NCBI GenBank assembly: GCA_045047115.1
Contig: JASFYR010000014.1
Span: 68,101-132,100 of the forward strand
DNA: 64,000 nucleotides
From: Sulfurospirillum sp.
Lineage (GTDB): Bacteria; Campylobacterota; Campylobacteria; Campylobacterales; Sulfurospirillaceae
Direction of reading: 5' to 3'
Part shown: positions 40,481 to 50,165 of the stretch, in pieces
How positions within the stretch are numbered: the first letter of the stretch is position 1
Layout: each line of letters opens with the position of its first letter
Translations under genes and position numbers: made by a program
The notes under the pieces: model-generated
What the model saw: only the letters and a program-made list of their open reading frames with translations
Told to the model about the DNA's origin: nothing
Databases searched by the model: none

Positions 40481-42361
40481 TTGTTTTTATTTGATAATTT
40501 GTCTATTTTGTTTATATTTCTAATAATACTTGGAGTCGTGCCAAATCTATTTTACTCTTTTGGTTATCTGTCTCACATAAAAAGAAAAGCATACTATCTT
40601 ATTCATTATTTTGCTTTTATAGCCTCCATGATTGGAGTAGTAACTGCCGGAAATGCACTTGTTTTCCTCCTTTTTTGGGAGCTTATGAGTTTGACATCAT
40701 GGCAACTTATTTTGACGGAAATTGAAGATAAATCAACTATAAAAGCCGCTAGATTTTACTTTTTTATGACACATTTTGGTTTTATATTTTTGTTGGTTTT
40801 CTTTTTGATTGTGACAAGTGGCAATCTGGAAATCGGCTTTTATGAGATGAAAATCATAGCAGAGAATTTTGCGTATCCTACGCTTCTATTTTTCTTTATA
40901 ATTTTTGGACTCTTGAGCAAGGCCGGAGCGGTGCCTATGCATGTCTGGCTTCCTTATGCTCACCCCTCCGCCCCCAGTCCGGTATCGGCTTTGATGAGTG
41001 GAGTGATGCTTAAAGTTGCAATCTATGCACTTTTTAGATTTTTGTTTGATATTTTGAGCGGATGGCAACTAGAATGGGGTATTTTGATACTTATAATTGG
41101 AGCTATTTCATCTTTGGTAGGTGTTTTGTATGCACTTAGTGAACACGACATAAAAGCACTTCTGGCAAATCACTCCATCGAAAATATCGGCATCATTCTT
41201 ATAGGTTTTGGTATGGGAATGATTTTTTTAACTTTAAAACTCCCCGTTCTTAGTGCATTTGCTTTTATAGCCGCACTTTTTCATACATTTAATCATATGA
41301 GTTTCAAATCTTTGTTGTTTATGGGAGCCGGCTCTGTTTTACACCAAACACATACAAAAAATATGGAAAAATATGGTGGACTTATAAAAGCTATGCCTGT
41401 AACTGCTTTTACATTTTTATTGGCGTCCATCAGTATTTCAGCGCTTCCACCGACAAATGGTTTTTTGAGTGAGTGGATGATCTTTCAATCCCTGCTTGGC
41501 TCATCTAGTATAGATAATATTTCGTTAAAACTGGCTATCCCTTTTTCAGTTTTTGCTTTAGCGCTGACTGGTGGTTTGGCGATAGCTTGCTTTGTAAAAG
41601 TTTTTGGGATTACATTTTTAGGACTTCATCGAAGTACAAATGCAAAACACGCACACGAAGTGAATGGCATGATGAAAACAGGTATGATTTTGATGAGTTT
41701 GGTTGTAGTCTCCTTGATGCTTTTCACTCCTTTTTATATGAAACTATTTGACGGAGTGACAAATCAACTCTTACATGTAAGTATATATGATAAAATTTTT
41801 CCAAATATCTGGAGTTTGCACTCTGTATCTAATAACGGCGGTATCGTTTCACCTCTTATATTATTGGCTGGTTTGATAGTGTTGACATTTAGTTTATATG
41901 TAATCTATAAATCTCTAAATATAAAAGAGAAGGTTTTTCATACCTGGGCTTGTGGTTACAACACAAGTGCGAAGACGCAATACTCCGCAACAGGTTTTGC
42001 AGGACCTATCAGGAGATTCTTTACTTGGCTTTATAATCCTGATGAACACTTTGAAAAAGAGGTTATACCAGGACACAGGACAAAATTTATAGATGCTAGC
42101 TTTAGCGTACATGTAAAACCACTTTTTGAAAAATCTCTTTACCAAAGCAGCGTAAAACTAACTAATAAAATCAGCTATTATGTGTATAGATTAGCTCATT
42201 TTGAACAAAGTAGATATGCAGCTATGATTTTTAACATACTTTTATCTGTTTTGTTTAGTTATAGGATTTTTGCTCATGAATTTAGCTGGGCAACGCTGGC
42301 ACTGGAGTCTATCGTCATGATTATATCCATTAAAGTTTTACTCATAGGAGAGAAAAAATGA
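40481..42361 (+). CDS. hyfB: HyfB/NuoL-like antiporter subunit, Ehr set 1 (probable TTG start at 40481 after AGGA; ORF open from 40412)
   Basis: FWELMS, PMHVWLPYAHPSAPSPVSALMSG, HSIENIG, TWACG. Confidence 0.88.
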   Translation: MFLFDNLSILFIFLIILGVVPNLFYSFGYLSHIKRKAYYLIHYFAFIASMIGVVTAGNALVFLLFWELMSLTSWQLILTEIEDKSTIKAARFYFFMTHFGFIFLLVFFLIVTSGNLEIGFYEMKIIAENFAYPTLLFFFIIFGLLSKAGAVPMHVWLPYAHPSAPSPVSALMSGVMLKVAIYALFRFLFDILSGWQLEWGILILIIGAISSLVGVLYALSEHDIKALLANHSIENIGIILIGFGMGMIFLTLKLPVLSAFAFIAALFHTFNHMSFKSLLFMGAGSVLHQTHTKNMEKYGGLIKAMPVTAFTFLLASISISALPPTNGFLSEWMIFQSLLGSSSIDNISLKLAIPFSVFALALTGGLAIACFVKVFGITFLGLHRSTNAKHAHEVNGMMKTGMILMSLVVVSLMLFTPFYMKLFDGVTNQLLHVSIYDKIFPNIWSLHSVSNNGGIVSPLILLAGLIVLTFSLYVIYKSLNIKEKVFHTWACGYNTSAKTQYSATGFAGPIRRFFTWLYNPDEHFEKEVIPGHRTKFIDASFSVHVKPLFEKSLYQSSVKLTNKISYYVYRLAHFEQSRYAAMIFNILLSVLFSYRIFAHEFSWATLALESIVMIISIKVLLIGEKK

Positions 42362-43278
42362 TTATGTATATATTTACTATTTTATTGATGATTTTTTTAG
42401 CTCCTTTGATGCCTAGTTTTATGAAGATAGTGAAAATGTATCTATTGTATAAAAAACCAATCTCACTTTTTCAAGGTTACAGAGATTTTTCAAAACTTTT
42501 AAGCAAAGAGGTAATCATCTCAAAAGAGACAAGTGCTATCACGAGGATTGCGCCTTATTTGGTTCTATCTCCACTATTGCTAACACTGTTTTTTCTTCCA
42601 CCGATTGTGAGCGGTGAATATTATGTGAGTTTTGTAGATGCTTTTACGATTACAGGTTTAATATCGCTTTCTACATTTTTTCTTATGCTTCTTGGACTTG
42701 ATAGTGCGAGTAGCTTTGGGGGAATTGGAAGTAGTCGCGAAGCATTTATCTCTGCTTTGGTGGAGCCTGCTATGATATTGACACTTTTTAGTGTCTCTAT
42801 GATGGCAAAAAATCTTGGCATTGGTCAAGCCGGTATAAATCTTAGTTTGCATTTTCCCTCTGAACATATGGCTAGTTTTATATTTGCAGGTATCAGCTTT
42901 TTTATACTTTTGATTGCAGAAAATGGAAGAATTCCAGTGGATAATCCAGAAACTCACTTAGAGCTAACAATGGTTCATGAAGCTATGATTTTGGATCTTA
43001 GTGGATTTTATTTGTTGCTGATAGAAAGTGCAGGAAGTGTGAAATTTATCATTTTTGCTTCTATGTTTGTATCTTTATTTATACCTTTTGGCTTAAATCT
43101 TCCTATAATCCTGGCTGTTTTAGTGTTTATAGTTAAACTATTTATAGTAGCTCTTTTAGTAGCTCTTTTAGAAGTAAATATTGCAAAATTAAGACTCTTC
43201 AAAGTGCCAAATCTTCTTGGAATTGCGATAGTCTTTGCCTTTTTATCTTTAATTACATTTTATGTGCTAGGAGCGTAA
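42358..43278 (+). CDS. hyfC: HyfC/NuoH-like membrane subunit, set 1
   Basis: GSSRE, AENGRIPVDNPETHLELTMVHE. Confidence 0.9.
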   Translation: MIMYIFTILLMIFLAPLMPSFMKIVKMYLLYKKPISLFQGYRDFSKLLSKEVIISKETSAITRIAPYLVLSPLLLTLFFLPPIVSGEYYVSFVDAFTITGLISLSTFFLMLLGLDSASSFGGIGSSREAFISALVEPAMILTLFSVSMMAKNLGIGQAGINLSLHFPSEHMASFIFAGISFFILLIAENGRIPVDNPETHLELTMVHEAMILDLSGFYLLLIESAGSVKFIIFASMFVSLFIPFGLNLPIILAVLVFIVKLFIVALLVALLEVNIAKLRLFKVPNLLGIAIVFAFLSLITFYVLGA

Positions 43279-43280
43279 TT

Positions 43281-43550
43281 ATGAGACCACCGTACAGTAC
43301 AAACACCCATAATATCAATAGGTTGTTTATAGACGAGGCAAACTCTTGTAGTACTAACTCGTTAATTCAAAAGAGTTTAACGAAGTATATAAGCCACCTA
43401 TTGATACCCAAAGGGAAGTCTGCTTCCCAGCAATCTTTACAAAATAAAGTTTCTCGAATTAACGAGTTAGTCCTTCAAAATTTATCTTGCAAATCTTACC
43501 CAAAATCAGACTTTTATGGGTGTTTGTACTGTGCGGTGGTCTCATTATGA
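43281..43550 (+). CDS. 89-aa ORF spanning the whole MITE (possible translational-coupling bridge)
   Basis: Starts after the native AGGAG RBS; its TGA overlaps the hyfE ATG (ATGA); no recognisable domain. Confidence 0.45.
   Translation: MRPPYSTNTHNINRLFIDEANSCSTNSLIQKSLTKYISHLLIPKGKSASQQSLQNKVSRINELVLQNLSCKSYPKSDFYGCLYCAVVSL
43283..43543. mobile_element. 261-bp MITE-like element with 30-bp TIRs and 5-bp TSD ATTAT
   Basis: gagaccaccgtacagtacaaacacccataa (43283-43312) matches the reverse complement of 43514-43543 at 29/30; ATTAT at 43278-43282 and 43544-43548; no transposase. Confidence 0.92.
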
Positions 43551-44137
43551 TTAGTTTTTTGATAGGCGCATTTTTAGCAACACTTATAACCGCACTTTTT
43601 ACGACAAGATTGTATGGTCTTATACTTTGGTATTCACTAAATTCTCTTTCTCTTGCACTTTTGGCGATTACGATAGGTGTTAATATAAGCGATGATACTA
43701 TGATTATAAGCGGATTTTTGACACTTATCGTAAAATCAGCTGTGATTCCATATGTGCTGAAAAAAGTTAGCATACAGTTTGGCTTGTCTAGGCAAATCAC
43801 GCCAAATGTCCAAGTTTATTATTCTATCATGCTCATTCCTGCACTTTTGGTTTTTACATTTTATCTAGCAGAGCCTATCACAAATATGCTTGTGGCAAAT
43901 GCTAATTATGTGGCTATTAGTATATCAGCCCTGTTTTTATCTCTTTTATTGATGATTGAGCATAAAAATATAGCACCTAAAATCATAGGTTTTTTAACTA
44001 TCGAAAATTCACTGTTTTTGCTTGGAACAACAGCTACAAATGGCATGCCGATGCTTATAGAACTTGGTATATTTTTCGATTTATTGATGGCTATAGTCAT
44101 CATAAATCTACTTTTTAAATCAGAGGAGCTTTCGTGA
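43547..44137 (+). CDS. hyfE: HyfE-like membrane subunit, set 1 (native ATG at 43547; the ORF-track extension lies within the MITE)
   Basis: IIGFLTIENS, GMPMLIELGIFFD. Confidence 0.88.
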   Translation: MISFLIGAFLATLITALFTTRLYGLILWYSLNSLSLALLAITIGVNISDDTMIISGFLTLIVKSAVIPYVLKKVSIQFGLSRQITPNVQVYYSIMLIPALLVFTFYLAEPITNMLVANANYVAISISALFLSLLLMIEHKNIAPKIIGFLTIENSLFLLGTTATNGMPMLIELGIFFDLLMAIVIINLLFKSEELS

Positions 44138-45546
44138 TTTTTCTTTTGATGTTACCAGCATTTATCATGTTGGTGTTTTCATTTTGGGATGTTAGCAAAT
44201 CCAAATTTCTATTTCCGATTGTTTCATTTTTTATCCTTATTCCTTCAATCCGACTCTTTTTCTTGCCAAAGCCTTATGCGATTTGGGGCGATTATCTAAT
44301 CGTAGATAAATTAAGCCAATACATAATGCTTGTTTCGTCCATCGTAGCTATTTGTGTAACTCTAGCTATCAGTACACTTGATTTACATGTAAAGATAAGT
44401 AAGGTTGAGTTTTCAAAATTTTATAGATTTTTTGCGATTTTCTGGATAGGACTTACAGTTTCTATCTTGGCAAACAATATGGGAGTTTACTGGATTGGTT
44501 TAGAAACAGCCACGCTTAGCACAGTTTATATGATAAAAACAAACAAAACAGTAGCAGCAAAAAAAGAGGCTTGGAACTATATGATAGTCGGAGCCATCGC
44601 TATATCTTTGATACTTTTTGGCATCATACTGATTTATGCAAGCGCTAAGCCTATTTTAGGTGAAGAGGCTATGAGCTTTACTGCATTATTGCAAAGTGCA
44701 AAAGAGATAAAATCACCTTTCTTGTTTGAAATAGGATTTGCCATCACGACACTTGGTATGTTTGTAAAGATGGGATTTTTCCCTATGAATTTATGGCTTG
44801 CAAATATAGAGAGAGTCTCTTTTTACCCAATCGCCGCTCTTTTTAGCGGTATTTTAGAGAGCGCAGTTATAGTTGGATTTTTTAGATTTAGCAAGATTGC
44901 GAGCGTTATAAACCAGCAGCATGTATTTATATTTGTGTTTATTTATACCACATTGACTATATTTATCGTCTCTTTTTTGATATATCGTGCTAAAGATTTT
45001 ATGCGACTTTTTTCACTCTCTGGAGTAGAGCATATGGCGATTATCGCACTTTTTTGGGCGAGTGGTGGTGTGTTTCCGGCACTTTTGCATTTTGGAGCCC
45101 ATGCATTTTTAAAACCGGCTCTATTTTTATCGACTGGAATTTTAGAATCAAGAGGAAAATACAGAATAGCCGGGGCACTCAAAGGCTATAGTGGTGTAAA
45201 AGGAAAACTTTTTTACTTTTTAACGGGTCTGTTTTTATTGGCAATTGTTTCGATTCCTCCAAGTCCTATGTTTTTTAGTGAATTGTATGGTTTTGGTGCC
45301 ATGGTTGAAATAGCGAAACAAAACAAGCATCTACTTTTGATGATAGGTGCTATCATTGTATTGCTAGGGCTTTTATCTATCATATTTTATAGATTTGTAG
45401 AGATTTATCAATCCATGAAATACGAAGGAAGTGAAAAGAAAAAAGTAGTTTATGCCAATGAAGTTTTAGCACTTGGCATCTTTGCTTTATCTCTGGTTTT
45501 TTTATTGACACCTTGGAGTTTTGAATTTTTAAGAGGTATATCATGA
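44134..45546 (+). CDS. hyfF: HyfF-like antiporter subunit, set 1
   Basis: WIGLETATLST, EAWNY, KMGFFPMNLWL, SGVEH. Confidence 0.85.
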   Translation: MIFLLMLPAFIMLVFSFWDVSKSKFLFPIVSFFILIPSIRLFFLPKPYAIWGDYLIVDKLSQYIMLVSSIVAICVTLAISTLDLHVKISKVEFSKFYRFFAIFWIGLTVSILANNMGVYWIGLETATLSTVYMIKTNKTVAAKKEAWNYMIVGAIAISLILFGIILIYASAKPILGEEAMSFTALLQSAKEIKSPFLFEIGFAITTLGMFVKMGFFPMNLWLANIERVSFYPIAALFSGILESAVIVGFFRFSKIASVINQQHVFIFVFIYTTLTIFIVSFLIYRAKDFMRLFSLSGVEHMAIIALFWASGGVFPALLHFGAHAFLKPALFLSTGILESRGKYRIAGALKGYSGVKGKLFYFLTGLFLLAIVSIPPSPMFFSELYGFGAMVEIAKQNKHLLLMIGAIIVLLGLLSIIFYRFVEIYQSMKYEGSEKKKVVYANEVLALGIFALSLVFLLTPWSFEFLRGIS

Positions 45547-45857
45547 TCATGAGAGAAGAAAATTTTTTTCATTTTGAAGGCGATGTACTAGTTTTAAATG
45601 TACTCGGAACTCCTTCTGCCAAAGTTGACAAGATAGGAAAGATAAGAGGAGACCAACTAAAAATCGCCATAAAAGCAGCCGCAGAAGATGGCAAAGCCAC
45701 AGATTATATGATAAAATTTTTAGCAAAAGAGTTTGGAGTTAAAAAAGCAGATATCGAGCTTAGCTTTGGATTAACAAGCATAAATAAGCAGTTTAAGATA
45801 AAAGCTCCTAAGAAATTTCCAAAAGTGATGCAAGAGATTATGGAAGAAGAGAAATGA
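45543..45857 (+). CDS. DUF167/YggU-family protein
   Basis: LKIAIKAAAEDGKAT...LAKEFGVKKADIEL.G.TS..K signature. Confidence 0.82.
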   Translation: MIMREENFFHFEGDVLVLNVLGTPSAKVDKIGKIRGDQLKIAIKAAAEDGKATDYMIKFLAKEFGVKKADIELSFGLTSINKQFKIKAPKKFPKVMQEIMEEEK

Positions 45858-47227
45858 AACAGCAACGACTGATAGCAAGATTTGCGGTTGAAAATAGTGA
45901 TTGTTTTGAAGTGATAACTGTTTTTGATGATGAAATTTTAAGAGAAAAACTTGATTTAAAAAATCCTGTTTTAAAATCTATATCTTCAAAATACACAACA
46001 GCAACTTGGTTTGAGCGAAAGATACAGGATGATTTTGGCATAAAGATAGAAGGAAGTTATGACAACAGACCACTTGTTCATCATGAGAGGTTTCCAGACA
46101 TCCACCCTATGCGTAAAAATTTTAAATCTTTACATGTAGATTATGACGAATTTACTCCATATAAGTATGAAACGGTTGGGGGAGAGGGAGTTTTTGAAGT
46201 AGCGGTCGGTCCAATTCACGCTGGAATTATCGAGCCTGGGCACTTTCAATTTTCACAAGAGGGAGAGAGAATTCTCCATCTTGATATTAGGCATTTTTAT
46301 ACTTATCGAGGGATTGAAAAATCTTTAGAGGGTAAAAATATATATGATGCCAAAGAGATAATAGAGAGAATTAGTGGCAATGAAAGTGTAGCTTATCAGA
46401 TAGCTTGGTTTGATATAGTTATGCAAGCAAGCGAAAAACAGTATGATGAAAAACTGAAAAAATACCACTGCTTGCTTTTAGAACTCGAGCGAATTATCCA
46501 TCATCTTACAGATATAGGGTTTATACCAAATGATGCAGGTTTTGGCTCAGCCCTCAGTTTTGCGTCGCAGCTAAGCGAAGACGCAAGAGTATTTTTGAAA
46601 GATTTTTGTGGACATAGATTTGGTTTTGGAAGTATTGGTTTTGAAGTGCGAAAATATGATAAGAAAAAGTTATCGGATTTCTTAAAAATTTTAGAAGAAA
46701 AAGCGAGATGGTTTGAAGATTGGATTGTGGATATCCCCTCACTTTGGGATAGGTTTGATACGACAGGCACATTAAATAAACAAAAAGCCAGAAAGTATGG
46801 AGTTTTAGGAGTCGTGGCCAGGGCCAGTGGTAAAAAAATAGATGTAAGAGACAACAATTTTTATAAAAAACATGGTTTTGTCTTGCAAAATGAAGATGTT
46901 GGAGATGTAGCTTCAAGGTTTAAGCTCAGAATCAAGGAGATATACAATTCAATATCCATGATAAAAAATTTTATAGACGATTTTGTGCAAATTGAAAAAC
47001 CAGAGAGTTTTAAAGATGGGCAATATATGAGTTTTGTTGAGAGTTCTATCGGAGAATTGTTTATGTTTATAGAGTTAAAAGAGGGAAGAATCCAAAGATA
47101 TTATAGCCGTGACCCTAGTTTTATAAATTGGCAAACACTATATTTGATGATGGAAAAAGACATAATCGCAGACTTTCCGCTTATCAATAAAAGTTGTGAT
47201 TTAAGTTATGCAGGAAGTGATTTGTGA
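45854..47227 (+). CDS. hyfG: HyfG/NuoCD-like large subunit lacking NiFe ligands, set 1
   Basis: GPIHAGIIEPGHF, RDPSFINW; L1 = ERISGNES, C-terminus FPLINKSCDLSYAGSDL. Confidence 0.88.
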   Translation: MKQQRLIARFAVENSDCFEVITVFDDEILREKLDLKNPVLKSISSKYTTATWFERKIQDDFGIKIEGSYDNRPLVHHERFPDIHPMRKNFKSLHVDYDEFTPYKYETVGGEGVFEVAVGPIHAGIIEPGHFQFSQEGERILHLDIRHFYTYRGIEKSLEGKNIYDAKEIIERISGNESVAYQIAWFDIVMQASEKQYDEKLKKYHCLLLELERIIHHLTDIGFIPNDAGFGSALSFASQLSEDARVFLKDFCGHRFGFGSIGFEVRKYDKKKLSDFLKILEEKARWFEDWIVDIPSLWDRFDTTGTLNKQKARKYGVLGVVARASGKKIDVRDNNFYKKHGFVLQNEDVGDVASRFKLRIKEIYNSISMIKNFIDDFVQIEKPESFKDGQYMSFVESSIGELFMFIELKEGRIQRYYSRDPSFINWQTLYLMMEKDIIADFPLINKSCDLSYAGSDL

Positions 47228-49218
47228 CAAGTTTCATAATCACACTTTTTATCGTTCCGATATTTTTATCTTTTAAGCCCCGTTTAGCCTTTATAATCGA
47301 AGCAATTTCTAGTTTTTGCTTGGTTGTTGCATCGTTATATCTTTTAATTTCTCAAACAGCGACAAGTGTCAATCTATTTCACTCAATCACTCCTTTTTTG
47401 GATTTTTCTATAAGGCTTGATTCTTTATCATTGCTTTTTGTTATCATAATTTCTACTATAACGCTCGCAGTTTCTCTATACTCTTTAAATTATGTATATG
47501 ATGAGGATTATCATCACAAGAGGCTTTTTGCATTTTTATATACATCATTTATCTCATCTTTACTTTTTGTAATTACTAGTTTTAATGCTATCTCGTTTTT
47601 GATTTTTTGGGAGATAATGTCCACTCTATCTTTCTTTTTGGTGATTTACGACTATGAAAACGAAGAAAACAGACAGGGTGGTTTTTTATATATATTTATG
47701 ACTCACCTTGGGACTGCTTTTATCATGGTGGCTTTTATATTGATGTATTTGCAAACAGGCTCTTTTTCCTTTGAAAGCTGGATACATGTAAGACTTGATG
47801 ATAGTATGAAATTTTGGGTATTTTTATGTATGTTGATTGGTTTTGGAACAAAGGCGGGTATGTTTCCACTTCATGTCTGGCTTCCAAAAGCTCACCCTGT
47901 TGCTCCTTCAAATATCTCTGCTTTGATGAGTGGAATCATGATAAAAACAGCAATTTATATGATGGTTAGATTCTGTTTTTATTTTCTTGAGGATATTCCT
48001 TGGTGGTATGGTTTTATAATTTTGCTTTTAGGTGCACTATCGGCTCTGTTTGGAGTCATGTATGCTCTGGCTCAGCATGATTTAAAAAGCCTATTGGCAT
48101 ATCACAGTATAGAAAATATAGGTATCATTTTGATGGGATTAGGAAGTGCGATGCTTTTTAACTCGAATCATATGCCTATATTGGCATCTTTTGGGCTTTT
48201 AGCGGCACTTTTTCATACTTATAACCATGCGATTTTCAAAAGTTTACTTTTCTTAGGCTCAGGTGCAACATTTCTAAAGACTCATACGAAAGACATGGAA
48301 AAATACGGTGGTCTTATAAAACTTATGCCATATACTGCACTGTTTTTTATCATAGGTTCCATCTCGATTTCTGCGCTACCGCCTTTTAATGGATTTGTCA
48401 GTGAATGGCTTACATATCAATCATTGCTTTTAAATAACAAAATAGATATCAATATCATACATATTTTTGTACCTCTTTTTGCATCCATGTTAGCTCTCAC
48501 TGGTGCATTTGCGGCGGCTTGTTTTGTCAAAGTTATAGGAATCTCATTTTTAGGATCACCGCGAAGTGATGGTGCAAAAAAAGCAAATGAAGTCGGCAGA
48601 TATATGGTGTGGGGCATGGGAATGTTGGCGGTTCTTTGTGCGGTATTTGGGCTTTTCCCAAATATAGTAGTTGGAATTGTAGCTCCTGTTACTTCACTTT
48701 TGTTGGGGATTGATGTCTCTTTGAGTGCTAGTTCACATGCATTTATGGTGTCAACTCCTGATTTTTCTTTTGGGCATTTAAGCACTTTTGGACTCTCAAT
48801 CGGTTTTATGTCGGCAATTTTCATACTCTTTGTTTTAATCAGGAAATTTGGAAATACCAAAACTAGAATATGCCCGACTTGGGGATGTGGTCAGTTGAAT
48901 AATGACGAAACCAACCAATACACAGCGAGTGGTTTTTCGCAACCAATCAGAAGAATATTTGGATTTTTCTATCATCCAAAAGAGAAAGTTTATCCAATTT
49001 CAAGGAAAAAGAAGTACTTTTTTCCAACTCTTGAATATAGCGCACATTCTCATGACGGTATAGAGACAATTTACAATCTTATACTTAAAATTTTTGTAAA
49101 AAGCAGTTCGTATTTGATAGGTAAAATTGAAAATGGATCAATCCACATATATCTTTTGTATATATTTATCACCTCGGTTGCTTTTTTGGTATATGCAGTT
49201 AAAGGAGGTGTAAAATAA
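47224..49218 (+). CDS. hyfB: HyfB-like antiporter subunit, set 2
   Basis: FWEIMS, PLHVWLPKAHPVAPSNISALMSG, AYHSIENIG, TWGCG. Confidence 0.9.
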   Translation: MTSFIITLFIVPIFLSFKPRLAFIIEAISSFCLVVASLYLLISQTATSVNLFHSITPFLDFSIRLDSLSLLFVIIISTITLAVSLYSLNYVYDEDYHHKRLFAFLYTSFISSLLFVITSFNAISFLIFWEIMSTLSFFLVIYDYENEENRQGGFLYIFMTHLGTAFIMVAFILMYLQTGSFSFESWIHVRLDDSMKFWVFLCMLIGFGTKAGMFPLHVWLPKAHPVAPSNISALMSGIMIKTAIYMMVRFCFYFLEDIPWWYGFIILLLGALSALFGVMYALAQHDLKSLLAYHSIENIGIILMGLGSAMLFNSNHMPILASFGLLAALFHTYNHAIFKSLLFLGSGATFLKTHTKDMEKYGGLIKLMPYTALFFIIGSISISALPPFNGFVSEWLTYQSLLLNNKIDINIIHIFVPLFASMLALTGAFAAACFVKVIGISFLGSPRSDGAKKANEVGRYMVWGMGMLAVLCAVFGLFPNIVVGIVAPVTSLLLGIDVSLSASSHAFMVSTPDFSFGHLSTFGLSIGFMSAIFILFVLIRKFGNTKTRICPTWGCGQLNNDETNQYTASGFSQPIRRIFGFFYHPKEKVYPISRKKKYFFPTLEYSAHSHDGIETIYNLILKIFVKSSSYLIGKIENGSIHIYLLYIFITSVAFLVYAVKGGVK

Positions 49219-50153
49219 TGAAAATTATACTTATGGCTCTGATACAATTTTTTATCATTTTGATTATTTCTCCATTTATCGCAGGACTCATGCAAAAGAC
49301 AAAATCTCTCATAAGAGGTTCAGATGGTCCTAGCGTTTTTCAACCATATTTTAATCTTGTAAAATTATTTAACAAAGAAGTTGTTCTCTCGAATCAATCT
49401 TCATACATCTCTATAATCGCACCATATATCGTAGCGATTGTACCTATAACAGTAGCAGGATTTTTGCCTGTATTTGATGACAATACCTTGATGTCATTTA
49501 GCGGTGATATCATTGCCATGGTTTATATCTTAGCACTTGGCACTTTTTTCTTGGCACTCTTTGGATTTGACCAAGGTTCAAGCTTTGGAGGACTTGGAAG
49601 CAGTCGTGAGATGACTGTAGCATCTTTGGCAGAACCTGCTTTTATCATGGTGATTTTTACTTTTGCACTTCAGAGCAATTCGACAAATATCAGTCATATC
49701 TTTGATTCTATGCGAGGCGATATATTTTTCAACTATCCAGTCTCTTCTACTTTGGCTTTGATGGCTTTATACTTTGTCACTTTGGCAGAATCAGGAAGGA
49801 TTCCTATCGATAATCCTGAAACTCATCTTGAGTTGACTATGATTCATGAAGCCATGATTTTAGAAGCAAGCGGTAGAAATTTGGCGCTTTTGGAGATAGG
49901 CTCTTTTGTAAAAACGACGATTTTTCTCACTCTGTTTTCAAATATCTTTATGCCTCTTGGATTTTATGATACAAATACCATCTGGACTATCGGTTTTAGT
50001 ATTTTTGTCTATTTTTTGAAGATGAGTACATTGGCTATTATCATAGCAATAGGGGAGCTAACACTTGCAAAGTTGAGATATTTTAGGATTTCAGATGCCA
50101 TGATGTTCGGTTTTGTTTTGGCACTGATTTCGATGGTTACATATAGGTTATAA
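49218..50153 (+). CDS. hyfC: HyfC-like subunit, set 2
   Basis: GSSREM, ESGRIPIDNPETHLELTMIHE. Confidence 0.9.
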   Translation: MKIILMALIQFFIILIISPFIAGLMQKTKSLIRGSDGPSVFQPYFNLVKLFNKEVVLSNQSSYISIIAPYIVAIVPITVAGFLPVFDDNTLMSFSGDIIAMVYILALGTFFLALFGFDQGSSFGGLGSSREMTVASLAEPAFIMVIFTFALQSNSTNISHIFDSMRGDIFFNYPVSSTLALMALYFVTLAESGRIPIDNPETHLELTMIHEAMILEASGRNLALLEIGSFVKTTIFLTLFSNIFMPLGFYDTNTIWTIGFSIFVYFLKMSTLAIIIAIGELTLAKLRYFRISDAMMFGFVLALISMVTYRL

Positions 50154-50165
50154 GGTGGTATTTTA

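Noticed and set aside
43487..43546. N-terminal extension of hyfE1 from a TTG
   Set aside because: Lies inside the MITE with no RBS; the native ATG is at 43547
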